Assembly: GCA_965178125.1 (NCBI GenBank)
Contig: OZ237745.1
Coordinates: 558,001-622,000, forward strand
Direction of reading: 5' to 3'
Length of the DNA stretch: 64,000 nt
DNA from: Bilabrum cf. latius
Taxonomy: Eukaryota
Part shown: positions 23,515 to 36,860 of the stretch, one piece after another
Layout: each line of letters starts with the position of its first letter
Numbering within the stretch: position 1 is the stretch's first letter
Notes under the pieces: generated by a model
The model's input: only the letters and a program-made list of their open reading frames with translations
Database searches by the model: none
What the model was told of the DNA's origin: nothing
Made by a program: the position numbers and the translations under genes

Positions 23515-26500
23515 TCACAACATGCTATTAACGTGGTGGCGCATCGCTTCGATCGCATGATCTCTATCCTGCGTCGTTGCAAGCTGCCAATGCATTGTTT
23601 CCGAGCCCACGATGTACAAACACCTCGGAGCGTCGGCAGAGCTCCCAAACAGACGCCCAGAGTATACTGGCGGATTCCCTGCTCTAGCCTTGCTAGCTGC
23701 CCTCAGCCTTATCTTGTATGCTGCGGTAGCGTCAAGAAGGGCGGAGGCGGCGCGAACGGCTACAGTGCACGAGGCCCATGGCAGTTGACGGGAGCCGCTC
23801 TTGGCAACCAGTGGAGCAAGTGGGCAACACAGCAGCTTGTGATGGGGCAGGGCGCAGCAATAACACAGCTGGGGCAACAATACGATCAGTCTCACCTTGT
23901 TTTCCCTTCTTGCTTTCGTCAGGGGAGCACACAAGCTCGCTGCCGACGAGCTTGGCGATCCGCTTGTGGGGGGCACCGTCTGACGCCCACACAGTGACGT
24001 TGTGCCCGCCGCCTTTCAAATTCCTGAGCACAGCCTGCGCCCCCTTGGACAGCACGGTGCCTGCAACAGAGCCTCCACCCGCAGCAGCCATTGGGTTGGT
24101 GGCCTGCATCGTCTCGGCCGGCGCAGGCGACTCGGCAGCGCCGTTCGAAGCCTCTGCACCAGCGTCGCCGTCCTCAGCCGGCTCCACCCCAACGGCAGCC
24201 TTGATGGGCGGCACTGACGTCTGGGTCTTCCTGATTTCATCCACGATCTCTTTTGCTTTGTCGCACGTGCTGCGGTCGAAGAAGAACTCCCCGTTCTGGT
24301 GCACCTCCTCGTACCGCGTGTAGAGCAGCTGCATGGTCCCCGGGATTGAATCCGAGACCAGCTGGCTGCTGGCCTCGGGATCCTTAACAAGCACCTACAG
24401 GAGCCGCAGCAGCTGCTGCACCGCCTGCCGCCAGACGATCGGTTTGTCGAGGTCTTCTTTAGCGGCGTGCACGGCCTGCTCCGTGATCACTGCGGCGAGC
24501 CTGCGGGGCACCTTGGCGATGATAACGGCCTGCGGGTCCGTCTCGGCCATCGTGACCACGAACTGCGCCAGTGCAGCCACCATGTCCGTGTCCTCTGCAT
24601 TCACCTCCAGCAGCTGACCCACCAGTGGCGCGCAAAGCTCAGCAACCTGGTGCCCCAGCACCTGCCTGTCCATCTCAGACCAGCCGTTCAGTACGGAGAG
24701 AGCAATGGTCAGGAACTCGGGGTCTGCCATATGCTGCCTCGCCACGTCGATCAGGGTGTTGACGCTCTGCATCTCCTTGGCAGCCTCCACGATCTCGGGG
24801 CCCTGGCCCAGCATGAGCACGGACAGGCACGTGACGGCCAGCCGAGAGTTCTCCGCCCCTGCGCCTCGGTGGGCCTCCACCGCGGAGAGGAGCACTTGGG
24901 GCGCCCCCGAGCCCATCACGATCTGCCTGGCCCCCTCCACCTCAAGCGCCGCCCCCAGCACCCGGGCACCTCTCCGCAGCAGCTCGATGTTGTAGTCAAA
25001 TCCTCGCATGACCCGCAGCACATGCGGGATAGCTCCCAGATCCCTGACAAGCACGCCGATCAGCTCCCTCGATGCGCCAAGGTAGTGCAGCGCCTTGAGG
25101 CACGCGATGAGAAGATCCTCGTCTCGCGTGTCGCTCTGCATGACATCCAAGAGGCACCGGGCGGCCCCTCCCTTGACCAGCATCGTGTTGAGCGCCACCT
25201 GAAGGGACCCGGGTTTCTTGGGATCCACCTGGCTCGCGGCCGCCTTCATGCTCTCTAGGGTGGCCTTGCTGTCAGGGTCCATGCCAGCGCCCTTGGCCTT
25301 GGCCTTGGCCTCGATGGCAGCCACGCTGTCGTTGAGGATCCGGAGCCCCTCCGAGGCAGCGACGTTGCGCTCGTCTACTGTGGCCAGGTTGCTGATCACG
25401 TCGGCGCCCAGCTTGACGAGGTCTGCCCGCTCGAAGTTGGACCGGAGGCCCTTGATGATCCCCGATATGGACCCGGCCGCAACCACCCTGACGATGTTCT
25501 CGTCCAGCCTGGTCGTGTTCCCCAGCACACGCAGGGCCATGGAGAACAGGTGCGTGTCCAGGTAGAACCTCCTAAGGATGATCACGACTTCGGTGGAGCA
25601 CTACCGGCCCACCTCCAGCTGCACCTTCTCCGAGACGTACGCGAGGTTGGACAACAGGCAGAGCGAGTCCTCCAGCAGCCGGGGGTCCTTGTGGTGCCTG
25701 GCCATCAGTCGAGCCGTCACGCCAACCCCGTCCAGAGACAGGAACTCGCTCCCCGCGCTGCTGCCGGAACCCTGCTCCTCGTCACAGGCGATGTTGGCTA
25801 GGGCCTGCACGCAGCTCTTGGCTATCCTCGGCTCCATCTTGTTCTTCACAGAGGCCCCCGGCCCCGTGTGCCGCACCTCGAGCTGGTCCACCTCGGCTGG
25901 AAGGTGCTCAGGGAGCCAAGATAAGGTGGCACCAGCCGCGGTTGTGCGCACATCCCCGTGCGCCTTGACGATGCCGAGCAGGCACCCGGTCGCGCCGGCG
26001 TGGGCAGCCGCTCGCGTGTGCTCCTGCTCGAAGGAGAGAGGAAGCACCAGCTCAGCGATAGCTTCGCACGCACGCTGACTCTCGGGATGCATGTTGGCAA
26101 GGGTAATGACACGGGCGATGCCGTCGATCCTGTGCAATGCGTCCACATTCTCCGACTTGGCGCACAACCGAGCCAGCGCAGAGATTGCCATCTCGACCAC
26201 ACCAACATCGTCCCTTCGCACCTCGCCCATCGTGAGCAGCCCCTCGATCGCGTGTGCGGGGCACTCGGTCACTGCTTCGTCGTCCAGCATTCTGGTAATC
26301 TTGTGCATCTCCCACAGCTTGTCCAGCAGCGCGGCCAGCTCCTCAGGCGCGTCCCACTGCGCCTCATCCGAATCTGGCGTGCTGTAGTATGTGGCCCCCC
26401 ACGTATCTGGATCGTCGTCTTCTCGATCGCGGAAGCGACCCATGCCTTTGGCAGCTTCACCAGCCTCAAGCGCAGCCAGGATCTTCTCGATGAACCCAGT

Positions 26501-29500
26501 GCCGCTCTGCTCTGAGAACACCTCGCCCAGCTTGTTTAGCAGCAGCCCGCTCAGGCGACCTATGGTGGGATCTGCGCTGCCATGGCTCTTGGCGAGGCTC
26601 TGCAGCGCAAGCATGCTCATTCTGTCCAGCTTGAGGGTATCCACGCCGCCCTCTCCTGCGCGCTCCAGGCTCCTCCACAGCACCTCCAGGGCAGCCTTGG
26701 AGGCGCCGTGAGCCCCCGTGTTTGGCATGCGGGCGGCCGCCTGCGCCAGGGACCGGAACAGATCAAGGGCACCAAGCGCCTTGACCCGCTCGTCGATCAC
26801 CGACTGGGCACCATCCGAAGAGGCCTCGGGCGCGGCATCCACCGAAACCTCGCCGCTCTCGCCATCCACTGAGGTCTGCAATCCCACCATCTTGCCGATG
26901 GCAGACACGCAATCGGCCTTGAGGCTGGCCCCCTGCTGCTGCGCGCGCTTGGCTGCTGCAACAGCGGCGGCATCAATATCGTCCTCATCCTGCTGCTGCT
27001 GCTCCTCGACCCTCTACGTGCCGATGGCAGTGGCAGTGTCCACAGCCTGCAGCGAGCTTGGCGCAGCAAGCACCTCACTAAGAGCGTACACTGCCTGCGA
27101 GGAACACAGCAACTTCTGCCTGCGACCACCCTCACTGACCTCGATTGGAGCCCCCGCGGCGCCTTCCCCGTCGGACACTGCCCGGTACGAATCTCCGCAG
27201 ACGGCTTCTAGGCGCTCCTCCACATCGCCATCGTCTTCTTCGTCATCAGCGTCGCCGAGCGTATCGGTTTGCGCTAGGAGCCTGACGGCAAGGTTTCGCA
27301 CGGCACACGCGTTGCTGCGGACGGCGGGCTGCACGTTGAGGGCCTCCTGCTGCTTTGCAAGTCGCATTGCATTGCGCTGCACCTCGTCCTGGTCCCCCGA
27401 TACCTGCACTGCCGCTGACCAGTGTCCCTGCGATGGCTCTGCCTTCCCGCCAGCGTACACGATTGCCTCCGTCCGAGCCAGCGCACCAACCAGGGGAAGA
27501 AGCCTGGCGGACGAACCGACCGTGGACGTTCCGGCCTCTTCTAGCCCGCAGATGCTTTGCAGCACCGCATTGGTTGCAACTAGTCGGGCGCGCAGGCCCT
27601 CTCTGGTCTGGCTCTCGCCCATGTCGGCGGATCCCGCATCAGAAGGCGACTAGCACATCTTCTGCAGGCCAGCAAGCTTCACCCCGCCCTGCAGCTAGGC
27701 GCCCGTCGCCCTCTCTGCGTGCGACGATGCGGGGTCTAGCTCCCCAACACACGTCTCGATAGCTCGCCATGCCGCAATATTACCCTAATTCGCCTGTCCC
27801 GCTACCAGCCGAGCAGCTCGCGCCACTTCCTCGGGCACTTCAGCCACAGCCACGCCCTTCACGTCGGCCTCCGCAGGCTCTGCGGAGCCCCCGCCGTCGG
27901 ATGCCACCGCTGCACACACCACGATATCTGAGAGACACTTTGCGTTGCCTAGCACGCCCGCCTTCTCTTCCTCGTTGCCGTCACCCTCCACGATAGACAC
28001 GCCTGCTCTTGAGAACTGGCGCAGCGTGGCATTCACTGCCTTCTGAATGCGGAGCGCGGCGATGCGCGACAGCCCACTGCCGGCATCCCGAGTGCCGCGC
28101 CTGCCCTTGCCACCCGCGGCTCCACCTTCCCCGTCCTGAAGCGCGAATGCAGCCACCCTGGCGGTTCGTGCGAGGGTGCTGCCAACACTCTGCGACGAGA
28201 ACTGCTCGACCGCATCAAACTTTCTGGTCGAGTTGAGAGCTGCGTTCAGGCAGCCGCACGCACTCTCAACCACCGGGGCATCCAGCGTGCCCAGCGCGAC
28301 AATCTGCCGCGCCGTCTGCACAACCTGCTCCGGCTTGACGTCCTGCTCCTCGTCAAGCTCCCACGTCTCAGATTGGCCCTCGTAGTAGGCCGCCAGCTTG
28401 GCGTCGAACTGCGCCGACACGATGTCTGAGAGCCTGCCCATCACCTGCACAGCCACGCCCAGCACCTTGCGACGCAGGGCTCCACTCTGCTCAGTGTAGT
28501 ACTCCCGGTACTGCTCGTCGCCCGCCTCGAGGGCCTCGATGGCCGAGGGATCGGCTGCAGACGCCAAGGCCACCGCCTGCTCGACTGCCTGGAACACGCC
28601 CACGTTAGTCGCCCCCTCCAGCCCCTCGGCGGGGTCTGCAGTGGCAATGACGGCGGAGAGACCCCTTAGCGCCTGCTCAGCCGTCTCGAGGGCGGTGTGC
28701 ACCTCCTCCAGCGTGGAGGCATCCTCACCGTCCTCGCCTGCCACGACCCGGACGCCCTCAAGCGCGGATTCTACCTGCCCCACCAGCTCTGCAGATCGCG
28801 TGTCCTGGATCTCAAGCGCCTTGAGAGCCCCTCGCGCGGCCACCAGCACCCCGCTTGATGCGGTGGACGAAGTCAGCGCCAGCTAGATTGCCTCGGATGC
28901 ACCGGCCTCGTTTGCCACCTCCGCATTTCGGGCAGCCACCCATGTAGGGAGCACCTCGTTTTCGGCGCACACGTCGCCCAGGAGCTCAAGCACCGCCTGC
29001 GTGCACCTAGCTGTGTCGGTGTAGCCCGTGCTAGACTGCACCGTGGTCACCACGCGCCGCAGGACAGCCCTAGCCTCACCAACCTTTTCGCCCTCCGGCT
29101 TGTCAGCCGAGCTGTACGACTCGCCCACTACTGGATACGCCTGCATGAGCCTAGGGAGGATGCGGGCAGTGGCCGTGAGAACGGCCTCGTTCGGGTCGTA
29201 CGGGTCAGAGCAGCTCCTCTGCAGGGCCAGCCGGAGGTCGCCCAGAATGCTCCCACCGGAGACGGACGCAAGCGTGTCGTCGTCCGAAAGGGTAAGCCTG
29301 GCGAGCAGCTGGATTGCGAGGGGTAGCAGGGTCTATGCCACGGTGCTGCTGCCGCTCTCCTGCGCAAAGTCGCCCACGATTTGAGTAGCCAGACGAGCTG
29401 CCCCTGCTGCTGAGCACAGAGCTGCGCTCTCGTCGCCCCCTCTCGCCACATTTGACAGCGAGGCAACCGCCCCTGTCATCGTGTCCAGCTCAAGCGTGTC

Positions 29501-32500
29501 TGTGGCCTGCTGCAGCACCCCGCACACGATCTCCACGCCGCGACCGTCAGCCGCACTCGTCACAGCCTCGGCGGCCTTTGGTGCCTGCGACAGCTCTGCG
29601 AGGCACATGGCCGCTTGCTGGTTCGCGTCACTGGCGTGCTGCATGGTATTGACCACCTCGGCAGCAGCATGCACCACTACGTCCGGCAGCGGAATGGCCT
29701 GCGCGTCGTCCGACTCGACTTCGGCGTCCTCCGGCGGCAGCTCGTCCATGGGATCCGTGAAGGGCTGCCTGGCCGTGGGATTCTCGGCCGCCAAGGCGTT
29801 CTTGAGGCCCACGGTGCACGTCCTGAGTGCCTCCAGCGCGGGGCCGATTGAGGCCGCCAGCTCGCCAGCCACGCTGTCCGAGGGCGCTTCGACGCCCGCG
29901 AGCCCGGCGTGTGCTGCATTCGCGGTGCGCACTGCCGCCAGGAGGCCGTGCATGGCCTCTTCGAACGCGCTGGACCCCATCTGCGTGGCACGGATGGAAC
30001 CTTCGCTGAGCGCCAGCGTGATCTTTCTCAGCTGGTGGCGCAGCTCCCCGGGGCGGAATCCGTCCAGCGACAGGCCAAGCAGCGCCCCGGCTACGTCCCC
30101 GCCGGCAGCGACAGCAGCATCCACAGCCCTCTCCATGTCGGCTGCCACCATTGCCACGCTGCCGATCACGTTGCTGACCTCCTGCCGAGTCAGCAGGCGG
30201 GCCAACAGGTCGGACAGCGTGGCTCGAATCGAAGCGATGGTTTCATCCACGGGAATATACTTGACACCGGCAGTGGCCCCGGCAGCCCCTGCACCAGTGG
30301 CGTCGCCGTCGCCACCCGCCCCGCTGCCCTTCGACTTGCCCTTCTTCTTCTTCTTCTTGCCCTTGCCAGAGCTGCTGCCGCCGCCGCTGCCGCTAGACGG
30401 GTCGGATCCGCTGGAATGCTGCGCCACGGTGCCCCCGCCCGAGTTGGCAGCGAGCACCTTGGACTGCACAGCTGCGTCGCAGTCCACAGCGGTGTCGCTG
30501 AGTCCCTGCCTCCTCAGCACGCCGACTGCCTCCATGGACTGGTCAGCGCACTCCTAAAGGACCCCCAGGGCAGCGAGCAGCAGGTCGTCCGCTCGCTGCT
30601 GCGGGGCTCCTCCCAGCCTCTCCATCGTGCGCTGCAGCTGTCGGCCAGCGCCCCGGGTCGCCACAGCCAGCGCACCGCGCGGCGAGATGGATATTCGCAG
30701 CAGCGTCTCGATAGCAGCTTCGGACACGTGCACCGCCTGGTCCGTCAGCCCGCTGTGCAGCCGGAGGACCGTCGAGCACGCCTCCACCACCCCTCCGTTC
30801 ACGAGGGACTCCACCCTGGCGGCCTGCGTGTGGGGGTCAAACGCAAAAGCGAGCCACTGCAGGGCGCGAAGCGCAGCCTCCGCGAACGTGTCGATGGAGC
30901 CACGCCCCTGCAGCGCAGCGCACACCATGTGGCCGACGTGCTTGGAAAAGATCAAGTCGGCCGCCCCAGTCTCACGCAGCGCGTCCAACTCCTCCGCAGA
31001 AGCAGAGGACTCCTCCGGGTCACCGTAGGCCTCCATCACCACCCGAGCCAGCGTTGACACGCACTTGCACGTCCTGGCTAGTGCTTCGTCCCTGACGCCC
31101 ACAAGCACAGCTCGCTTGGACTCGGTCTGGGCCAGCAGTGCCTGCTTCGCCACCCTGCCCATGCCCTCGGTGGAGGGTCCTGAGTCCTGCACCGTGTCCA
31201 CCGCGCCCAGGGCACCCATGGCGTGTATCAGAGAGCCCACGGCACCCTCCACCAGGGCCACGCCTGCCAGCCAGGGAGAGACGCTGATGGCCTCGAGCAG
31301 CGACAGGCTGGCCAGCAACAGGTCGCTCGTCTCCGACAGGCCGCCATCCTGCAGCCTCTTCCGCAGCTTGGTACCGCCTTCAGATACCTCGTCCGATTCG
31401 CCCGCCAACTTGTCCAGCGCCGCGACCGATACGTCGCCCGATTCGTCCGTGCCCAACACATGCCGCATGGCCTCCAGCGCTCTGCGCTCGAGGTCGGGGG
31501 CTTGCAGGTCGGCCTGGCCCCTGAGCACAGCAGCACAAATGTTCACTTGTAGCACGGCAGCGATTACTTCGCTGTCCGAGATCTGGAGCGCCTCGATCAC
31601 CTCCCTAAATCGCTCGTACACAGCGCTGGAGCGAGGGAAGCGCGCAAAGGCCAGCAGCACGGCCCGGATGCACCCGCTGTGCTTGGCCTCTACGAGCGCC
31701 TCCTGCTTCTCGCACACGGTGGCCAGCAGAAACATGGCCAGCACAACCAGCTGCTCCCCCGACACCGTACCACCGGATGACCCGCCGGTGGATTTGGAGG
31801 AGGACCCTTTGCCTTTCGCCGCGGCCCTGCCCCCAGACCTGCCCTTCTCGCCAGCGCCGCTCAGATCGGCAATCAGGACGGGCAGCAGCCCGGCCCCCAG
31901 CGCTGCATCCAGCACGCCAGCAGATCCGATGGCGGCGTTCAGCAGGGCCAGCGCTTTGCAGTGCAGCGCTAGCACAGAGGGGTTGTGGCCCATGGCCTCT
32001 GCGGCCGTAGCGGCGGCCTGCTCCAGCCCCACCTCCGATACTGCGCCCCCGTGGACCAGGAGGTGCTCCAAGAGGGACAGCACGGCCCCGGCAGCATCGG
32101 AGGAGGAGGCATGCGTCTTGAGCGATAGCAGCAGCATGGCCTCCATGACCGTCTGCCCCTCCGAGGGCGAGACCTCCTCGATCTCGTAAGGAGGGTCTGC
32201 CCCAAGGAGGCCCACAGCGCCTGCCTGGTCGCCCACCAGCGCCTCGAGTGCACGTGCCGCCTCTCCCGCGTGCTTGGCCGACTCGAAGTCAACGGACATT
32301 TCGCCTAGGATGTGCGTGGGCGCGCCCTCTTCGAGACACCTGTCCTGCCCCGCCTGCGATGACGCAGCCACCCGGCGCACGACCTCCACAAGGGCCAGCC
32401 TGGCCCTGGCTTCGACGCACGTGGACACGAGCTGCATGAGCTGTGCCAGCATGCTGTCCATGCCCTCAGGGAGCGACGAGGCTCCTTTCGTGGCGGCCTT

Positions 32501-33782
32501 GTCCTCGTCATCGTCCGAGGGATCCACAGGGCCCGCACTCATCACACTGTCCACGGTCTCCGCGTCGCGACACAGGGAGGCCAGCAGCCTCGCGGATCGC
32601 GCGCAGGACTCTAGGCCCGCCTCACTCCCATTCGAGGCCCGACCCACGTCCAGCACGAGCCCACGCAGGTTGCCACGAAGCAGCCGGCTCAGCAGCCGCA
32701 CCACAACCGCCTCCAGCGTCTCATCCGCTGACACAGCGTCCAGCGAGCCGGACAGCAGCCCCACCACATCTGGGATGGCGTCCAGAAGCGCGAGCCCGGC
32801 TTCTGTCCGACTCACCCGGTCCAGCAACCTGAATGCCGGGGCCATGTGCCGCGCGCCAGGCGCGAGCAGCTCGCCACTCTGCTGCTGCTGGGTAGCGGCC
32901 CCACCTGCAACGAATGGATCCGCCGCGCCACCACCCCCACGACCCGCGCCTGACGCCGGCCCGGCAGATGCCTATGCGGCGGCAGCATCCGTCTCCAGCC
33001 AGGCGCCGGCTGCATGTGCGACCGTGTGGATGAAGTCGGTGCCGTCTGCCGTAAGCGTCTCCTGCCCCCGGCGAGAGCGACCGATGAGGTCCAAGAGACC
33101 CAGGGCAGCGGCAGCGGCGCGCGGCAGCGGCCTATCCCCCGCCGCCTCGCCGCACGAGCAGGCCCGGCTAGCGATCTCTGCGAGCATAGGGACAGTGTCC
33201 AGGGCCACAAATCGCTCCACGTCCTGCTTCGCGACGGCCTGCAGCATGGATAGGGCCGTGGCCATGCCGTCTTCCAGCTCCGCGGCGTCATCGGCTGATG
33301 GTACGCTGCTGGAGGCCGAAGCCCAGTGCTTCCGGACAGCCTTGACGAGCAGCTCGGCCGTGCCGCCAGCGGCGATCCGGCCGGGCATGCGTGGCAAGGT
33401 GACCAGCGCGGCGGACGATGACATGCACATTCCGAAAATGTCCACATCGGCCGGGTGCTTCTTCACAACGTCGGCCATCGCGTCGATGCCGCCCTTCTCG
33501 AAAGCTTCCCGCGCGTGCACTTCCCACCCAACACGAGGTGGGGTGATCACCTTCACCAAACACTGCGGCCAAAAAGTCCAAAATATCATGCGAAGTAACG
33601 ATGCAGTCCTGCTTTGTCGAGCTTCATGAGCGTAGTGCAGACGGTAGCAGACCCAAACGCCTCCTCACCTGGATGGAATAGCTGGCCAAGGCCTTGAATT
33701 TCACATTCTTCCTGACATCTTGCACCAAACGCGCTACATTAGACGAGCTTCTGCCTCCACGCGCCCCTCTTCTGCCAGACAT
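23515..33782 (-). CDS. Giant (~3,328 aa) ARM-repeat protein with a degenerate WW-like motif and a C-terminal PH-like domain
   Basis: Exons 33782-33669, 33562-23896 and 23720-23515 (total 9,987 nt, divisible by 3). The 9.7-kb exon has no in-frame TAA or TGA but 10 TAGs (32972, 30554, 29333, 28883, 27785, 27695, 27650, 27014, 25601, 24395). Ends TGA. Confidence 0.8.
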
Positions 33783-34124
33783 GGTGGATAACCCGGCTGA
33801 TTTCAGAGATCGGACGCTTGCGATGTGCCGTTTCCTCTCGTCCCAATCACGCTCTCAGTGGTCGACCAACTTGAGGAAAAGGCCCTGATACGGCTAGTCT
33901 ATCTCGAGACTGTAGTGTAAATAATCGGGAAACACGCAGTTCCCTCGCGTCACTCCCACAACTGTGCCTGGATCCGCGATACAAGGATGTAGAAATTGTA
34001 ATTGCCTTTCCACCTTGGCGCGGCGCCACGATCTGTTACAGGTTCCGCAACTGCAAGAGCTCAACGGTAGAGCGCTCGCTTCGGGTACACACACAGTGCA
34101 ATCCAGGTCGAACAAAATATCAAT

Positions 34125-36860
34125 ATGTCTGTGGCTTCCTCCCTTTCTGGGCACGTTCGTGCTGCGTACACTGCGGAGCAGGCGGTCGAAGGGTCATCCA
34201 AGCGGGTGCTCCATCGGAAGGAGTCGGAGCATGCGCTGCAGATTCCAGCTGGCGTGAAGCGTCAGCTGGCACGAAGAGGCAGTCGCATATCAATCAAGGG
34301 TCTCAACATTGAAGCAACACAAAGACGTCGGAAGTAGGGAAAGCTGCACTTGAAGCTGATCAACAGCCCGGCAATCGCAAAGGGATTCGGTGGCGCAGTT
34401 GCAGTCACGATGCGATCCAAGAGCCCGAAAGACTACCGCGACCGCCAGCGTAGAAAGGACGTTTTACCAAAGGAAGTGTCGCCCAGGGGAAGAGAGGAAA
34501 TCCTTAAAAAGGAGGAGCTTAGAAGAAAAGGCAGCATCCACCTGGCCTCGCAGCCCTCGTGGTGGCGTGGCCAGGGCAAGAAGCAGGCGTCGCCGTCTGG
34601 ATCGGCGGGCAGCTCTCGTTCATCCTCACCGAGAATCGCCCGAAGCGATAAAACGACTCGGTCGCTCGGCGGGTTTGCCAGCGGGGTCGCCAGCAGCCCG
34701 ATGAGCGGCTCAGTCCTGGGCGTGCCGCGCAAGTCGTCGGTGGTGAGCCTAGGCCTCGAGGAGGAGGTATTCGGCGTGCCTATCACGGAAGAAGAGTTCG
34801 AAGATGAGCCTGCAGATGCTGCCGATGCAGTTCGGATGGCGCTCGTGCAGCTCGCGACCGTGGGGCGCGCAGAGCGGCAGAGCTGGCTGTCATCGATGGA
34901 CGGCCGAGCGGCGCGGGGGAAGCCATCGGAGCGCATCAGGGTCGACCTGCCAAACGCGGCCAAAAACGTGGCGTACACTGTAGAAAACCGGCCCGGGCAA
35001 GGCATGAAGGTTAGTTCCGTGCTGGAAGAGTCATCCAAGAAGCTGCAGCAGCTCAAGCTGCAGGCCATGCGGATTCTGTCGCAGTCGGCTTCTCACGGGG
35101 AGCAGCTAGCAGGCGACCTCCAGCGCATGGGTGCCTCTCCCAAAACCGCTAATAGGGTCCGCGACATGTTTGCCAGCGCCGATGCCAGCATCACGCCCAG
35201 CGCAGCCAAGCAGGCCAGCGCGGCCATGGTGGGTGCCATGAAGCAGCAGTAGCAGCAGCGGTCTAAGCGAGCATAGGGTGGGGATGGGGGAGAGTCAGCA
35301 GAAGGGGGTGCAGGCGGAGGCAGTGGAGCGAAAGGGTCCTCCAGTGACCCTGATAGTGTGGGGGCTACTTCGGCCCGAGCAGGGGGCAGCAGCAGCAAGG
35401 ACCAGAGCAAGAGCACGCTAGCGCAGGAGATGCAGGACTTCCTCGAGGAATGGAGGCTGTTCCAGCTGCACCTGCCACTAGACTCGGAGGAAGGCAAGCT
35501 CGCGAACAGCCAGCTTTAGGCCTCTGGGAGAGGCTTCGGGAAAGGGGGCGAGCCGGAGGGGAAGGAGCAAGCGGGGCCAGATGGAGTTGCCAGTGGGAGT
35601 GGGAGTGGGAGCGGAGAGGACGCAGTCTGTGGCGCTGGTGCTGGTGCTGGTGCTGGTGCTGGTGCTGGTGCTGGTGCTAGCGCGCTGTTGCCAGCACTGG
35701 CAGCCCTAGAGAATGCCCGGGTGCCTAGACAGTCGATCGTGAGCCGTGGGCTGACCACCATCTTGAGGGAGCAGGCAGACGCAGCCATCAAGGCAAGCAG
35801 GCAAGATGCGGTTGACAGGGAGGTGGACAGGCAGCGGAGAAGGGCGGCACACGCAGACAGGCAACGGGAGGACGTGGCTGCGCGCATGCGGGGGGACCCC
35901 ATCGGAGCCGAGCTCATCCACGAGGTGCCCGGTGGGGATGAGCTCCGGCAGGTGGGCGGGGGGCTGGGACAGGCGCGGGCTGGGAGCGTGATGTTGCGGG
36001 CGGTGGGAGGCCCAGAGTAGCGCGAGTGGCAGAGCAACCCCATGCACCGAGGGTCTGTCGTCGCAAGGAGGAGCAGCAGCGCTTCGCCTGCGTCCGATGC
36101 AAGGGGGGAGGAGGGGAGCTCGCCTAGCAGAGCCTCGGGTGATGCGAAAGGTAGCAGTGCGTCACCTCAACAGGCCAAATCAGGCAGCCCGGGCGATCAG
36201 ATTGCGGCAGTCTATGGGGCGCAACCAGTAGCACCTGCGGACTTATCCATTGACGACGAAGGAGTCGTTTCCAATGACCATCCTGCGGGTCAGGGAATGG
36301 GGGAAGCGGGAGAGATCATGTCGAGTGATGATGCGCAGGCATCCGCACGTTGTAGTCCTGACGGAGATAGCTCTAATGAGCCAGCACAATCGTCAGAGGA
36401 AGTGCCAGAGGCTAGCTTGATCTCCGGTGTTGAGGGGGGCCCTATTGCCAGGAGTGACGCCGCCGAAGCAACTCGAGCATCGGGTCCCACGCTGGCCGAA
36501 CTAGCGGCCATGGACCATGAGGCGGATATACGACCGGCAGAAGACTCTGACAACGAGACGTCAAATGAAGCAGCCGCGCAAACGTGCTTCATTCCTGCAG
36601 ACGTAGAGTTCTCTAAGGAAGACCTAGAGGGATCGCAGGTTGGTGACCTTCTCGATGCCATGTCGGATATCTTCGGAATCGTTCCGATATCTTTGGTCTA
36701 CAACGGCCATCGGCTCACTGCTGATGATGAGAACCGGAGCTTGACTGATTTCGGTGGTATCTCGGACAAACCGACGCTGGAAGTTGAGCTCACAGAAGAT
36801 CAAGTCGCAAGCCTTGAGGATGGCGGGCAACGTACCGACGACGAGTCTGACGGCGATTGA
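34125..36860 (+). CDS. Low-complexity/coiled-coil protein (~911 aa) with a C-terminal ubiquitin-like domain
   Basis: One frame through TAGs at 34335, 35250, 35274, 35517 and 36018. C-terminal SQVGDLLDAMSDIFGIVPISLVYNGHRL...RSLTDFG resembles a Ubl fold. Ends TGA. Confidence 0.65.
35634..35678 (+). repeat. (GCTGGT)n hexamer microsatellite encoding an Ala-Gly repeat
   Basis: About 7.5 tandem copies inside the 34125-36860 CDS. Confidence 0.9.
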
